Source: Bacteroidia bacterium | Lineage (GTDB): Bacteria > Bacteroidota > Bacteroidia > M30B66 | Direction of reading: 5' to 3' | Assembly (NCBI GenBank): GCA_019695235.1 | Contig: JAIBAI010000007.1 | Coordinates: 7,480-71,479 of the forward strand | Length of the DNA: 64,000 nt | Shown here: in pieces, positions 9,761 through 20,099 of the stretch | How positions within the stretch are numbered: position 1 is the first letter of the stretch | How the letters are laid out: every line of letters starts with the position of its first letter | Translations under genes and position numbers: made by a program | Notes under the pieces: model-generated | What the model was told of the DNA's origin: nothing | What the model saw: the letters and a program-made list of their open reading frames with translations, nothing else | Database searches by the model: none

Positions 9761-10702
9761 ATGAAGATATTATTTACGGGGGCAAGTTCATTTACCGGTT
9801 ACTGGTTTGCAAAGGCACTTGCCGAAGATGGTCACGAAGTTATCTGTACTTATACAGCTACTGGTGCAAATGCGTATAATGATGTTAGGGCAGAGCGGGT
9901 ACAGCGTCTCCAGACTTTGGTAAAACCTGTCTTTGGGATGTGTTTTGGCGATGAGCGATTCATTCAGCTTATACAGGCTGAGCGCTTTGATTTGTTCTGT
10001 CACCATGCAGCTGATGTAACCAATTATAAAGCTGCCGACTTTGATGTTACAGCAGCGCTGGCTAACAACACAAGCAATATTTACCCTACCTTATCAGCTT
10101 TGGCAGAAAGCGGTTGTAAAAATATTGTACTTACAGGCTCAGTGTTTGAGGGTGGTGAAGGGGCGGGTTCACAAGGATTGCCTCATTTTTCGCCTTATGG
10201 GTTGTCAAAATCACTAACTGCGCAGGTGTTTGAATATTATGCTGAAAGGTTTGGTTTGGGATTTGGAAAATTTGTGATACCCAACCCATTTGGAGTGTTC
10301 GAGGAACCGCGTTTCACGGCCTACCTGATGAAGGCATGGTTAAAGGGTGATGCACCCAAAGTGAATACGCCTGATTATATACGTGATAACATTCATGTAG
10401 GTTTGCTGGCCTTGTATTATCGTTTTTTCTGCAATGAAATGGGGCGTCATGGGTTAAGAAAATTAGCCCCAAGCGACATTGCTTGTTCGCAGGGCATGTT
10501 CACTAAACAACTTTCTTCAGAAGTATCCGCAAGGCTAAACATCCCATGTGATTTTGAATTGGCAAAACAGGTAGATTTTTCTGAGCCTTTTATGCGCCTG
10601 AATACCGATCGCATTCAAGCTATTACTGATTCATTTTCAGTGAGCAATGCCTGGGATGAATTTGTTGCTTATTATACAGGTAAATATGCGGTTTCAGGGT
10701 AA
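9761..10702 (+). CDS. NAD(P)-dependent oxidoreductase (SDR); candidate NDP-4-keto-6-deoxyhexose reductase
   Basis: The N-terminus is MKILFTGASSFTGYWFAKAL and the active-site motif is YGLSK (YxxxK). It sits last in the sugar-nucleotide cassette. Confidence 0.7.
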   Translation: MKILFTGASSFTGYWFAKALAEDGHEVICTYTATGANAYNDVRAERVQRLQTLVKPVFGMCFGDERFIQLIQAERFDLFCHHAADVTNYKAADFDVTAALANNTSNIYPTLSALAESGCKNIVLTGSVFEGGEGAGSQGLPHFSPYGLSKSLTAQVFEYYAERFGLGFGKFVIPNPFGVFEEPRFTAYLMKAWLKGDAPKVNTPDYIRDNIHVGLLALYYRFFCNEMGRHGLRKLAPSDIACSQGMFTKQLSSEVSARLNIPCDFELAKQVDFSEPFMRLNTDRIQAITDSFSVSNAWDEFVAYYTGKYAVSG

Positions 10703-11770
10703 TTGCTGATAGGTTTTCCGGCGAAAGAAGAAATATTGCAATACCACGCTTCTGGGATACATTTTCTTTAAAATTTCCTTGTCGTTAACTTGCCGTTTTG
10801 ACTGACTTATGCGGCGGTTTTTTCTAATAGTACCCCAATGAATTGTTAGCCAGAGATGGGCGTTGAAAATTGCTCTGACGGTTTTGAAGTTAAGCATAAA
10901 CAAGCCTCTGAGTGCGGTGACATAATCAAAGATAATATGCAGAGGTACTTTGGTGAGGGCATTATGTGTCTCAAAGTTTTTAAGCATCAGGTAAATAGAG
11001 TTCCGGTGATTCCAATATGTTTTTTTGTAGCTGGCCGGTGCAATGGTGGCACCTCCATAATGCAAAATAACTGATTGTGGAACTACTTTGCTGGTGTATC
11101 CTTGCATGTGCATCCGCCAGTTGAGGTCAATTTCATCCATGTGATGAACGATAGTTTCATCGAAATCGCCAAGTTCATCGAGCACACTTTTACGAATAAA
11201 CATAGCCGCACCACATGCCCAGAAAATCGAAGTGGTATCGTCGTATTGTCCTTTATCGTCTTCTAGCTTGTAGAAAAGGCGACCACGAGCAAAAGGGTAG
11301 CCGTAAATGTCAATCATACCTCCGCTGGCACCCGCATATTCGAATTTACTTTCGTCAAGGTAAGAAACCATCTTCGGCTGGAGAGAAGCAATGCGTTCAT
11401 CCGATTCTGCTTCGTTTACAAGATGCTTTATCCAATCGGGCTTTACCATCACATCATTGTTAAGGCAAACAAAGTATTTGCCTGTACAATGTTTAAAAGC
11501 ATAGTTATAGGCGGCACAAAAGCCTCTATTTACCTTAATCCGTAGGATTTCAACTTCAGGGAAATGTTGTTGCACATAACTAACATCATCATCTGTAGAA
11601 GCATTGTCGAGCAAATACACCTTAAAGGCAGGATAATTGGTTTGCCGCAAGGATTGAAAGCATGCATCTAAAAAGCGCTTACCGTTGTAATTAAGAACAA
11701 CAATATCAACCGTTGGGTAAGAATTCTGCGCCGTTTGCTCCATTTTTGAATGCCGTTCAAAAGTAAGCAA
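10694..11770 (-). CDS. glycosyltransferase family 2
   Basis: The N-terminal GT-A signature is VDIVVLNYNGKRFLDACFQSLRQTNYPAFKVYLLDNASTDD. An alternative start is ATG 11743 (MEQTAQ). The gene is convergent with the CDP-sugar cassette and overlaps it by 9 nt. Confidence 0.8.
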   Translation of the reverse strand: MLTFERHSKMEQTAQNSYPTVDIVVLNYNGKRFLDACFQSLRQTNYPAFKVYLLDNASTDDDVSYVQQHFPEVEILRIKVNRGFCAAYNYAFKHCTGKYFVCLNNDVMVKPDWIKHLVNEAESDERIASLQPKMVSYLDESKFEYAGASGGMIDIYGYPFARGRLFYKLEDDKGQYDDTTSIFWACGAAMFIRKSVLDELGDFDETIVHHMDEIDLNWRMHMQGYTSKVVPQSVILHYGGATIAPASYKKTYWNHRNSIYLMLKNFETHNALTKVPLHIIFDYVTALRGLFMLNFKTVRAIFNAHLWLTIHWGTIRKNRRISQSKRQVNDKEILKKMYPRSVVLQYFFFRRKTYQQLP

Positions 11771-11983
11771 ATTTGTTGTCTTGATAAGTGATTGTTCGTG
11801 CTAATGTTTGACAGTAAATGCTATCAGGCATTTAGGGTGACCGTTGGGGTGCTCAATAGTTTCGATAAAAGCCGTAATGTAAAGAAGCCTAAATAATTGA
11901 TTAATTTATTATCTTCATCCTGAAAATATCATTGAATTTACGAATTTTGAATTCCTTTTAATTCTTGACACTTAGAATTTCCT

Positions 11984-13369
11984 ATGAAAATACTTATTAA
12001 AAATGGCCGGATTGTTACAGCATCGGAAGACTACATTGCTGATTTGTACATTGAAAATGGGACAATTGCCGGGATTGGTCGTTCGCTGGAAGTACAGAAC
12101 CCACATCGGGTGATTGATGCATCAGGAAAGTTTATTTTTCCGGGTGGGATTGACCCGCATGTTCATCTTGACATGCCATTTATGGGCACCTTTTCGAGTG
12201 ATAACTATGAAACCGGCACGACAGCGGCTTTGCATGGGGGTACTACCACCCTGATTGATTTTGTGCTGCAAACCCAGGGCAAAAGTCTGCGAAATGCTTT
12301 AAATGAGTGGCAGATGCGCTCAAACGATAATTGTTACTGTGATTATTCTTTTCACATGGCGGTAACCGATTTTAATGATTCTACACGCCTTGAAATCAGA
12401 GAGATGATTGAAGATGAGGGCATTACTTCATTCAAAACCTTCATGGCTTACAAAGGTGCCCTGATGATTGACGACCGGCAAATGGTTGGCCTGATGGAAG
12501 AAGTGAAGAAGCAGGGCGGTATGGTTACGGTTCATGCCACCAATGGTGATATGATTGATTATCTGGTGTCAAAATTTAAGGCTGAGGGCAAGACTGCACC
12601 CTTGTATCATTATTTGTCGCAACCAGAGGTAACAGAGTCGGAGGCAACCGGGCGATTTGCTGACCTGGCGAGATATACCGGGGTTCCGGCCTATGTAGTA
12701 CACATGACTTGCGAAGGGGCCTTGAACCAGGTTCGTAGTGCTGCCCGACTTAACCAAAAGGTGTATGCAGAAACTTGTATTCAGTATCTTGTGTTAGATG
12801 CAAGCCTGTACGAACAGAATTTCGATGGAGCGAAGTGGGTGATGAGTCCGCCGCTGCGCCAGAAGAAGGACCAGGAAGCCTTATGGGCTGGCATTCAGCA
12901 AGGGGCGGTACAGGTAGTTGCCACCGATCATTGTCCGTTCAAATGGGAGCAGAAAAAAATGGGCTTGCAAGATTTTTCGAAGATACCCAATGGGCATCCG
13001 GCAATAGAACACCGTATGGAGCTCTTATTTTCTGAAGGGGTAATGAAGAACCGAATCAGTCTGAATAAATTTGTGGAAGTAAGTTCAACCAATGCTGCCC
13101 GGCTCTTTGGGATGTATCCCCGTAAAGGGACCATTGGGATAGGCTCAGATGCCGACCTGGTTATTTTTGACCCTGAGCGGAAGCATACCATTTCGGTAGC
13201 GAAGCATCACATGAATGTTGATTATTCAGCCTACGAAGGTTGGGAGCTTACCGGCAAATGTGAGTTGGTACTATTAAGAGGTGAAATAGCCGTTGAGAAC
13301 GGCCAAATGCAGTTAAGTAAAGGCTTCGGGCAATTTATCCGAAGAAATAAAGTTACTGGTATCGCCTGA
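11984..13369 (+). CDS. hydA: dihydropyrimidinase / D-hydantoinase (cyclic amidohydrolase)
   Basis: The metal-binding motif is GGIDPHVHLDMP (DxHxH). The carboxylated-Lys region is SFKTFMAYKGALMIDD. The N-terminus is MKILIKNGRIV. Confidence 0.85.
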   Translation: MKILIKNGRIVTASEDYIADLYIENGTIAGIGRSLEVQNPHRVIDASGKFIFPGGIDPHVHLDMPFMGTFSSDNYETGTTAALHGGTTTLIDFVLQTQGKSLRNALNEWQMRSNDNCYCDYSFHMAVTDFNDSTRLEIREMIEDEGITSFKTFMAYKGALMIDDRQMVGLMEEVKKQGGMVTVHATNGDMIDYLVSKFKAEGKTAPLYHYLSQPEVTESEATGRFADLARYTGVPAYVVHMTCEGALNQVRSAARLNQKVYAETCIQYLVLDASLYEQNFDGAKWVMSPPLRQKKDQEALWAGIQQGAVQVVATDHCPFKWEQKKMGLQDFSKIPNGHPAIEHRMELLFSEGVMKNRISLNKFVEVSSTNAARLFGMYPRKGTIGIGSDADLVIFDPERKHTISVAKHHMNVDYSAYEGWELTGKCELVLLRGEIAVENGQMQLSKGFGQFIRRNKVTGIA

Positions 13370-13414
13370 ACCAAAAGAAATGCTTAAACTTGTTCAACGT
13401 AAAAATCTTAAGAT

Positions 13415-14281
13415 ATGCCCAGAATAATCCGTTCCGGTTTAATTCAGATGAGCCTGCCAAAAACAGAAGGAGAAGGCAGTATACCAGAGATCATTGATGC
13501 GATGGTGCAGAAGCACATACCTTACATCGAAGAAGCAGGAAAGAAGGGAGTGCAAATTTTGTGCCTTCAGGAAATTTTTAACACACCTTATTTTTGTCCG
13601 GGTCAGGATAAGCGCTGGTATGAAGCGGCAGAGACAGTTCCAGGGCCAACCACTGAATTAATGTCCACGTATGCCAGGAAGTACCAGATGGTAATCATAG
13701 TACCCATTTATGAAAAGGAGCAAGCAGGTGTTTTGTACAATACTGCTGCGGTGATTGATGCAGATGGCACTTATTTGGGCAAGTATCGAAAAAACCACAT
13801 CCCTCATACCACTGGTTTTTGGGAGAAATTCTTTTTTAAGCCAGGTAATTTAGGGTATCCGGTGTTTCAAACCCGGTATGCCAAGGTAGGGGTGTATATT
13901 TGTTATGACAGGCATTTCCCGGATGGGGCAAGGATACTTGGCTTAAATGGGGCGGAGATAGTTTACAATCCATCGGCAACAGCTGCCGGTCTTTCTCAAT
14001 ATCTTTGGAAGCTGGAACAACCAGCACATGCTGCGGCCAACGGATATTTTATGGGATGCATCAATCGGGTGGGTGAGGAGAAGCCCTGGAATGTCGGGCG
14101 TTTTTATGGGAGCTCTTATTTTGTAGATCCCCGTGGGCAGATTTTTGCCATTGCATCTGAAGACAAAGACGAGCTACTGGTTGCAGATTTTGATTTAGAT
14201 ATGATTGAGGAGGTGCGTGCAACCTGGCAGTTTTTCAGAGACAGAAGACCTGAAACATACGGAAAGCTCGTTGAGCTTTAA
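13415..14281 (+). CDS. carbon-nitrogen hydrolase (nitrilase superfamily), beta-ureidopropionase-like
   Basis: The E-K-C triad context is ILCLQEIF, YRKNHIP and VYICYDRHFP, which resembles beta-alanine synthase. Confidence 0.8.
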   Translation: MPRIIRSGLIQMSLPKTEGEGSIPEIIDAMVQKHIPYIEEAGKKGVQILCLQEIFNTPYFCPGQDKRWYEAAETVPGPTTELMSTYARKYQMVIIVPIYEKEQAGVLYNTAAVIDADGTYLGKYRKNHIPHTTGFWEKFFFKPGNLGYPVFQTRYAKVGVYICYDRHFPDGARILGLNGAEIVYNPSATAAGLSQYLWKLEQPAHAAANGYFMGCINRVGEEKPWNVGRFYGSSYFVDPRGQIFAIASEDKDELLVADFDLDMIEEVRATWQFFRDRRPETYGKLVEL

Positions 14282-14313
14282 TCAATACGAACCTTTTAAG
14301 CTTTTCAAGACCA

Positions 14314-15642
14314 ATGGCTGAGTTCAATGCACCTGCTAATGAAGCAGAATTTGATAAAAATTTTGCGCAGTTAAAGCCACACATGACAAAGACACAGGCT
14401 TATCTTGAAAGCTCAAGGTGCCTGTTTTGCTATGACGCACCGTGTATCAAGGCTTGTCCGACTGCAATTGATATCCCATTGTTTATCAGGCAAATACATT
14501 CGGGGAATGTAAATGGAGCCGCCAAAACTATTTATGAGTCAAATTATCTGGGCAACACCTGTGGAAAGGTTTGTCCGACAGAGGTGCTGTGTGAAGGCGC
14601 TTGTGTTTTTGTCGAGGCCAATGAAAAGCCGCTGGAGATAGGCAGGCTGCAGACCTATGCTACCCAACAGGTGCTTGCAAATGATAAGGACTTATTTACG
14701 TTACCTGAAACGGGCAAAAACAAGGTAGCCATTATTGGGGCTGGTCCGGCTGGTTTGGCCTGTGCGTGTGAATTAAGATTGCATGGAGTAGCTGTTGACA
14801 TTTACGAGGCAAAAACAAAGGCATCCGGCCTTATTTCGCATGGTGTGGCACCCTACAAAATACAAAATGAAGAAGCCTGGGGAGAGACAGATTATCTGGA
14901 ACGGAAATTTGGTTTTCGTATTTTTTATGGCCATCCGGTTACAGAAGTTACCCAAACAAAGTATCTGGAAGACAATTACGATGCAGTATTCATCGGTACA
15001 GGTTTGGGAAAGACAAGCCAGATGGGCATTCCCGGTGAGCATTTGCAAAACGTTTTTGGTGCGGTTGAGTTGATTGAAAAGTTGCGTGATCAAAAGAACA
15101 AGCTGCATTTTCCGGGCAATGTTATTGTGCTTGGTGGAGGCAATACGGCCATGGATGCGGCTTCGGAAGCTGCCAGGATGGGAGCAAAGGAAGTCACCCT
15201 GGTTTACAGACGTTCAAAAAATGAAATGGGGGCTTATGAGTTTGAATACGATTTGGCAAAGTCTGTGGGCGTGAAGGCGATTTTTAATGCTGCTCCGGTT
15301 GAAATTTTAGGAGATGAAAAGGCAAAAGGCATAAAATTCATCAGAACCAAAGAAGTTCAGGGGAAAGTAGAGCCCATAGCCGGAACTGAATTTGTACTTG
15401 ATTGTGACTGGGTTGTCAAAGCTACCGGGCAGGAAAAGCACCGTAATTTGTTTAGTCTTATTCAAGGACTGCATACTGATGCTGCGGGCAAATTGCTCGT
15501 TGATGCCGCTTCGTACAGGTGTATGGCTACCAAGTATTTTGCAGGTGGTGATGCAGTAAGTGGTGGGCAGGAGGTGGTTAATGCAGCCGCCGAAGGAAAG
15601 CAAGCAGCATTTGGAATACTGACTTTTTTAAATAAGGAATAA
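14314..15642 (+). CDS. preT: NAD-dependent dihydropyrimidine dehydrogenase PreT-like subunit (GltD-like Fe-S flavoprotein)
   Basis: There are N-terminal Cys clusters ([29 protein letters not shown]) followed by two dinucleotide-binding folds ([22 protein letters not shown]). Confidence 0.7.
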   Translation: MAEFNAPANEAEFDKNFAQLKPHMTKTQAYLESSRCLFCYDAPCIKACPTAIDIPLFIRQIHSGNVNGAAKTIYESNYLGNTCGKVCPTEVLCEGACVFVEANEKPLEIGRLQTYATQQVLANDKDLFTLPETGKNKVAIIGAGPAGLACACELRLHGVAVDIYEAKTKASGLISHGVAPYKIQNEEAWGETDYLERKFGFRIFYGHPVTEVTQTKYLEDNYDAVFIGTGLGKTSQMGIPGEHLQNVFGAVELIEKLRDQKNKLHFPGNVIVLGGGNTAMDAASEAARMGAKEVTLVYRRSKNEMGAYEFEYDLAKSVGVKAIFNAAPVEILGDEKAKGIKFIRTKEVQGKVEPIAGTEFVLDCDWVVKATGQEKHRNLFSLIQGLHTDAAGKLLVDAASYRCMATKYFAGGDAVSGGQEVVNAAAEGKQAAFGILTFLNKE

Positions 15643-15695
15643 AATCCGGCAAGGATTCGCCTGCTTTGGATTATTTTTGGGGCTTTTATTTGTGT

Positions 15696-18332
15696 ATGGA
15701 AATCCCCAAACAATACAGTCCGCAATTCGTTGAAGACAAATGGTACCGCACCTGGCAGGAAGGTGGCTATTTTAAATCGAAGCCGGATGAGCGTGAGAAT
15801 TTTACAATAGTGATACCACCACCCAACGTAACTGGGGTGTTGCACATGGGGCACATGCTGAACAACACCATTCAGGATGTCTTAATCCGCAAGGCAAGGA
15901 TGGAAGGAAAGAACGCCTGTTGGGTACCCGGAACCGACCATGCGTCAATTGCAACGGAAGCGAAAGTGGTGAATAAGTTAAGGGCTGAAGGGATAGAAAA
16001 GGCTGATCTTTCGCGTGAGGAGTTTTTGCGTCATGCCTGGGAGTGGAAAGAGAAACATGGTGGAATTATTCTGGAACAACTGAAAAAGTTAGGTGCTTCC
16101 TGCGACTGGGACCGGACTAAGTTCACCATGGATGAACCACTGAGTGCAGCGGTGATTGATGTGTTTATTGACCTGTATAATAAAGGACTTATTTATCGCG
16201 GAATCCGGATGATAAATTGGGATCCGAAAGCTCAGACAGCCTTGTCGGATGAGGAAGTGATATACAGGGAGGCGCCCTCAAAGTTATACCACGTGAAATA
16301 TGTTGCAGCAGATGGGAGCTATTCAATCACCGTTGCTACTACAAGACCAGAAACGATTCTCGGGGATGTTGCTGTTTGTGTGAATCCTGAGGATGAGCGT
16401 TATACAGCACTGATTGGTAAAAAGGTTCTTGTTCCAATAAATGGAAGAGAAGTGCCGATTATTGCCGATGAATATGTTGATAAAACCTTTGGTACAGGGG
16501 TTTTGAAAATCACACCAGCGCATGACATCAATGATTACCAGATCGGATTGAAGTTCGGCTTGCCGGCCATAGATGTTATTGCAAATGATGGTACCATGAG
16601 CAAGGAGGCCGGAATGTATATTGGTCAGGACCGTTTTGAGGTACGAAAGCTGATTGTGAAGGATCTTGAAAAGGCTGGTTTGTTGGTGAAAGTGGAAGAT
16701 ATTGTGAACAAAGCCGGATATTCAGAAAGAACCGATGTAGTGATTGAACCCAAGCTATCATTACAGTGGTTTCTTAAAATGGAACAGATGGCAAAGCCTG
16801 CATTGGATGCAATACTTGATGGTAAAGTAAACCTGCACCCGGCTAAGTATGTGAATACCTATCGTCACTGGATGGAGAATGTAAAAGACTGGTGTATCTC
16901 ACGCCAGTTATGGTGGGGGCAGCAAATACCGGCCTGGTATGATTTGACAGGTGATTTTGTTGTCGCCAGAACGGCAGTGGAGGCTGTGCAAGCATTTGCC
17001 AACAAGGGAAAGACAGTTGATGCTAAAACATTAAAGCAGGACGAAGACGTATTGGATACCTGGTTTTCATCCTGGTTGTGGCCCATCTCGGTATTTGATC
17101 CGGAAGCGTTTAAGAAACCAAAAAGTGAGTGGAATGCTGATTTGAAGTATTATTATCCGACCAATGACTTGGTAACAGCGCCGGAGATTTTATTTTTCTG
17201 GGTTGCGCGGATGATAATGGCCGGTCTGGAATATACAGGAGAGGTACCCTTTAGCAATGTTTACCTCACTGGCATTGTGCGTGACAAACAGGGGCGGAAG
17301 ATGTCAAAATCATTAGGAAACTCGCCTGATCCTATCCAGCTGATTGAAAAATACGGAGCAGATGGGGTGAGAATGGGAATGCTATTAACCTCACCTGCTG
17401 GTAATGACTTGCCGTTTGATGAAAGCTTGTGTGAGCAAGGCAGGAATTTCAATAATAAAATTTGGAATGCGTTTCGACTTGTTTCACAGTGGGAAACAGG
17501 TGAAGGAGCACAACCGGTAGCCTCTGCACAGGCAATTTTGTGGTTTGAGAGCAAACTTAGTCAGGAAACATTACGTTTCAATGATCTTGTTAGCAAATAC
17601 CGACTGTCAGAGGCATTGATGTTGCTTTATAAGTTAGTGTGGGATGATTTCTGTAGCTGGTATCTTGAGGCGGTAAAACCTGGTCAGGATAAGCAAATTG
17701 ACAGTGTAACAAAAGACAAAACTATCCTTTTCTTTGAACGTCTGCTTGAGTTATTGCATCCTTTTATACCATTTATCACAGAAGAAATCTGGTCGTTTCT
17801 ACGTGAACGTTCAACAGGAGATTTGTTAATCAGCAGGCAGAAAGCAGGGCCTGGAATTGCTGATAATACACAGATTGAAAGTTTTGATAAAGCTGTTGAA
17901 TTAATTGGGGCTATCAGAAATGTTCGTAATGAAAAGGGGCTATCACCAAAAGAAAGCCTGCGCCTTTTTGTAAAGAGTGATAATGGGAGCCTGCAGCTTT
18001 TTACAGCGCTTGTGGAGAAACTTGCGAACCTGAATTCGATTACAAAAGCGGAAGAAACCCCGCTGCATTCAGTGCGGCTTTCGACAAAGTCGGGTGAATA
18101 TTTTGTTGAGCTTTCTGATAAGTTTGACCGGGCTGCTGAGACGGAAAAACTCCAAAAGGAGCTGGATTATACCAAAGGCTTTTTAGACTCAGTTCGGAAG
18201 AAACTAAGCAATGAGAAATTCATGGCTAATGCAAAGCTGGAAGTGGTAGAAAGTGAACGAAAAAAGGAGCAGGACGCCCTTCAGAAAATAAGCATGATTG
18301 AAATACAGCTATCAGAGATTCAGCTTAGCTAA
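15696..18332 (+). CDS. valS: valine--tRNA ligase
   Basis: Class I aaRS motifs are [12 protein letters not shown] (HIGH) and KMSKSLGN. The C-terminal coiled coil is present. I chose ATG 15696 (MEIPKQY) over the ORF-track TTG at 15666. Confidence 0.9.
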   Translation: MEIPKQYSPQFVEDKWYRTWQEGGYFKSKPDERENFTIVIPPPNVTGVLHMGHMLNNTIQDVLIRKARMEGKNACWVPGTDHASIATEAKVVNKLRAEGIEKADLSREEFLRHAWEWKEKHGGIILEQLKKLGASCDWDRTKFTMDEPLSAAVIDVFIDLYNKGLIYRGIRMINWDPKAQTALSDEEVIYREAPSKLYHVKYVAADGSYSITVATTRPETILGDVAVCVNPEDERYTALIGKKVLVPINGREVPIIADEYVDKTFGTGVLKITPAHDINDYQIGLKFGLPAIDVIANDGTMSKEAGMYIGQDRFEVRKLIVKDLEKAGLLVKVEDIVNKAGYSERTDVVIEPKLSLQWFLKMEQMAKPALDAILDGKVNLHPAKYVNTYRHWMENVKDWCISRQLWWGQQIPAWYDLTGDFVVARTAVEAVQAFANKGKTVDAKTLKQDEDVLDTWFSSWLWPISVFDPEAFKKPKSEWNADLKYYYPTNDLVTAPEILFFWVARMIMAGLEYTGEVPFSNVYLTGIVRDKQGRKMSKSLGNSPDPIQLIEKYGADGVRMGMLLTSPAGNDLPFDESLCEQGRNFNNKIWNAFRLVSQWETGEGAQPVASAQAILWFESKLSQETLRFNDLVSKYRLSEALMLLYKLVWDDFCSWYLEAVKPGQDKQIDSVTKDKTILFFERLLELLHPFIPFITEEIWSFLRERSTGDLLISRQKAGPGIADNTQIESFDKAVELIGAIRNVRNEKGLSPKESLRLFVKSDNGSLQLFTALVEKLANLNSITKAEETPLHSVRLSTKSGEYFVELSDKFDRAAETEKLQKELDYTKGFLDSVRKKLSNEKFMANAKLEVVESERKKEQDALQKISMIEIQLSEIQLS

Positions 18333-18341
18333 ATTCACGAG

Positions 18342-19136
18342 ATGGAGCTCAGTTTGGCCATATCACCCTGCCCGAATGACACATTTATTTTTGATGCGCT
18401 TGTGCATCATCGGATTGATACAGGAGGCCTGCATTTTAATGTTCAGTTTTTCGACATCGAGCAGTTAAATACGCTGGCAATAGGTCAAAAGTTTGATGTG
18501 CTAAAAGTATCTACTGGTGTTTTGCCGCTTATCAACAACAATTATCATGTGTTGGATTCAGGTGCCGCATTAGGCAATGGGTGCGGTCCGGTCTTGGTGT
18601 CTAAGGTACCTTATCCGGCTGAGCGTGAAATTGTTGAAGGCTTAAAAATAGCCATACCTGGTGAACACACAACAGCACATCATATACTGTCATTGGCTTT
18701 TCCGGGCATAGAAAACAAAGCGTTTCTTGTGTTTTCTGAAATTGAGAATGCTGTGCTACAAGGAAGGGTTGACGCAGGTTTATTGATTCATGAAAATCGT
18801 TTTACCTATCAGGGAAAGGGCTTGCATAAAATTTGCGATTTAGGTGAATTTTGGGAAACTACCTATCAAACGCCGGTGCCGCTCGGCTGTATAGTTGCGC
18901 AAAGAAGACTTTCAGAAGAATTAAAACAAAAGATTGAGATGTTAATTCGTGAAAGCGTTCTATATGCATTTAATAACCCGGATGCGTCGGAAGAATTTGT
19001 ACGCATACATGCGCAAGAGATGCAACCTGAAGTAATGAAACAGCATATTTCGCTTTATGTAAATGAGTTCAGTGTTTCATTAGGGGAGCAGGGAAGAGCA
19101 GCGATAAGCGTATTGGCCCGGACCACCATTGCTTAG
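18342..19136 (+). CDS. mqnD: 1,4-dihydroxy-6-naphthoate synthase (futalosine pathway)
   Basis: The N-terminus MELSLAISPCPNDTFIFDAL is the characteristic MqnD start. Confidence 0.75.
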   Translation: MELSLAISPCPNDTFIFDALVHHRIDTGGLHFNVQFFDIEQLNTLAIGQKFDVLKVSTGVLPLINNNYHVLDSGAALGNGCGPVLVSKVPYPAEREIVEGLKIAIPGEHTTAHHILSLAFPGIENKAFLVFSEIENAVLQGRVDAGLLIHENRFTYQGKGLHKICDLGEFWETTYQTPVPLGCIVAQRRLSEELKQKIEMLIRESVLYAFNNPDASEEFVRIHAQEMQPEVMKQHISLYVNEFSVSLGEQGRAAISVLARTTIA

Positions 19137-19201
19137 TTTATGCTCCTTGTATAAGCGATTGAGAATTTTCAGGGAACAAATTTCTGTTGATAGCCATTTG
19201 T

Positions 19202-20005
19202 TTAAGCACTAACGACAATATGGCCTATAGTTTCGCTTTTACGTTTGCGGTACTCATGAGGGGTAAGACAGCTATACCCTTTAAATGTTTTGATAAAGTG
19301 TGACTGGTCAAAAAAGTTGCTGTTATATGCAATTTCGGTAAGCGACAACTCTGAGGTATGGATAAGATGCATTGCCTGCAAATATTTTTTGTATAGCAGG
19401 ATATTCTCGGCATTCATTCCGGTTAGTTCTATAAGCTTTCTCGAAAGCTGTCTGGTTGAATAACAAAGCTGGTCTGCCAGTTGTTTAACAGATAAGCCTG
19501 TGTAATTGTCATTATTAAGGAAGTCATTAAATGCAATTTCAAGTGGACTGGGCTGAGGAAGTCGTTTACAAAGCCATTCAGTAAAGGAGGCTATCTGTTC
19601 ATGAAAATTATTTAGTTCACCAAGCTGGTGCCAGAGTGAATATATTGAATGGTCGCAGACAGTTAAATCAAATACATGGTTTGCACAAATTGAAGGGGGG
19701 AAGTTAAAAATATGTTTAACAACTGATGGCTTCAGGGTAACTCCAAAGAAGGTCTGATTAGCACTTAAACAAAGGTAAATCGGTGAGGTGCTATAAGCCT
19801 GAATAAAACACTTAGGTACAGTTACAGGGTGTTGATTGACCTCTGCATGTATAGGATTGGAGCCGAGATTGAATATAATTTCAACGGCACCTTTGGGAAT
19901 GATGGTTTCATTTATGGCAAACTCTCCTGTTCTACATACCTTCCAGAATGAATACACAGCGGTGCAAATTCGCGTTGAATCCGGTGTGAAAATTAAACTC
20001 TCCAT
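19202..20005 (-). CDS. AraC family transcriptional regulator
   Basis: The C-terminal HTH region (SVKQLADQLCYSTRQLSRKLIELTGM...YSNFFDQSHFIKTFK) is typical of AraC-type regulators. Confidence 0.8.
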   Translation of the reverse strand: MESLIFTPDSTRICTAVYSFWKVCRTGEFAINETIIPKGAVEIIFNLGSNPIHAEVNQHPVTVPKCFIQAYSTSPIYLCLSANQTFFGVTLKPSVVKHIFNFPPSICANHVFDLTVCDHSIYSLWHQLGELNNFHEQIASFTEWLCKRLPQPSPLEIAFNDFLNNDNYTGLSVKQLADQLCYSTRQLSRKLIELTGMNAENILLYKKYLQAMHLIHTSELSLTEIAYNSNFFDQSHFIKTFKGYSCLTPHEYRKRKSETIGHIVVSA

Positions 20006-20071
20006 CCGTCTTTACCTTCAGTATCGCATACGTAGATAAGTAAAGATATAAAAAAATTATTTTGAATTTGA

Positions 20072-20099
20072 AGAATTATCCTGACAGGATATTGAATTT
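20072..20099. promoter_or_regulatory. inverted repeat TATCCTG-A-CAGGATA within GAATT-flanked sequence, upstream of the AraC-family gene
   Basis: The repeat is seen directly at 20077-20091. It lies 72-86 nt upstream of the AraC start codon. Confidence 0.25.

Noticed and set aside
11984-15642. A search for a PreA (DHODH-like) gene to complete dihydropyrimidine dehydrogenase
   Set aside because: No ORF in the window has the dihydroorotate-dehydrogenase-like TIM barrel plus C-terminal 2x[4Fe-4S] signature. Its absence is reported as a finding instead.
16323-17554. Minus-strand ORFs (16323-16523, 16576-16761, 16865-17086, 17261-17554) inside valS
   Set aside because: They are antisense shadow ORFs within a well-supported 888-aa valS reading frame. 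They have no start context and a low-complexity composition.
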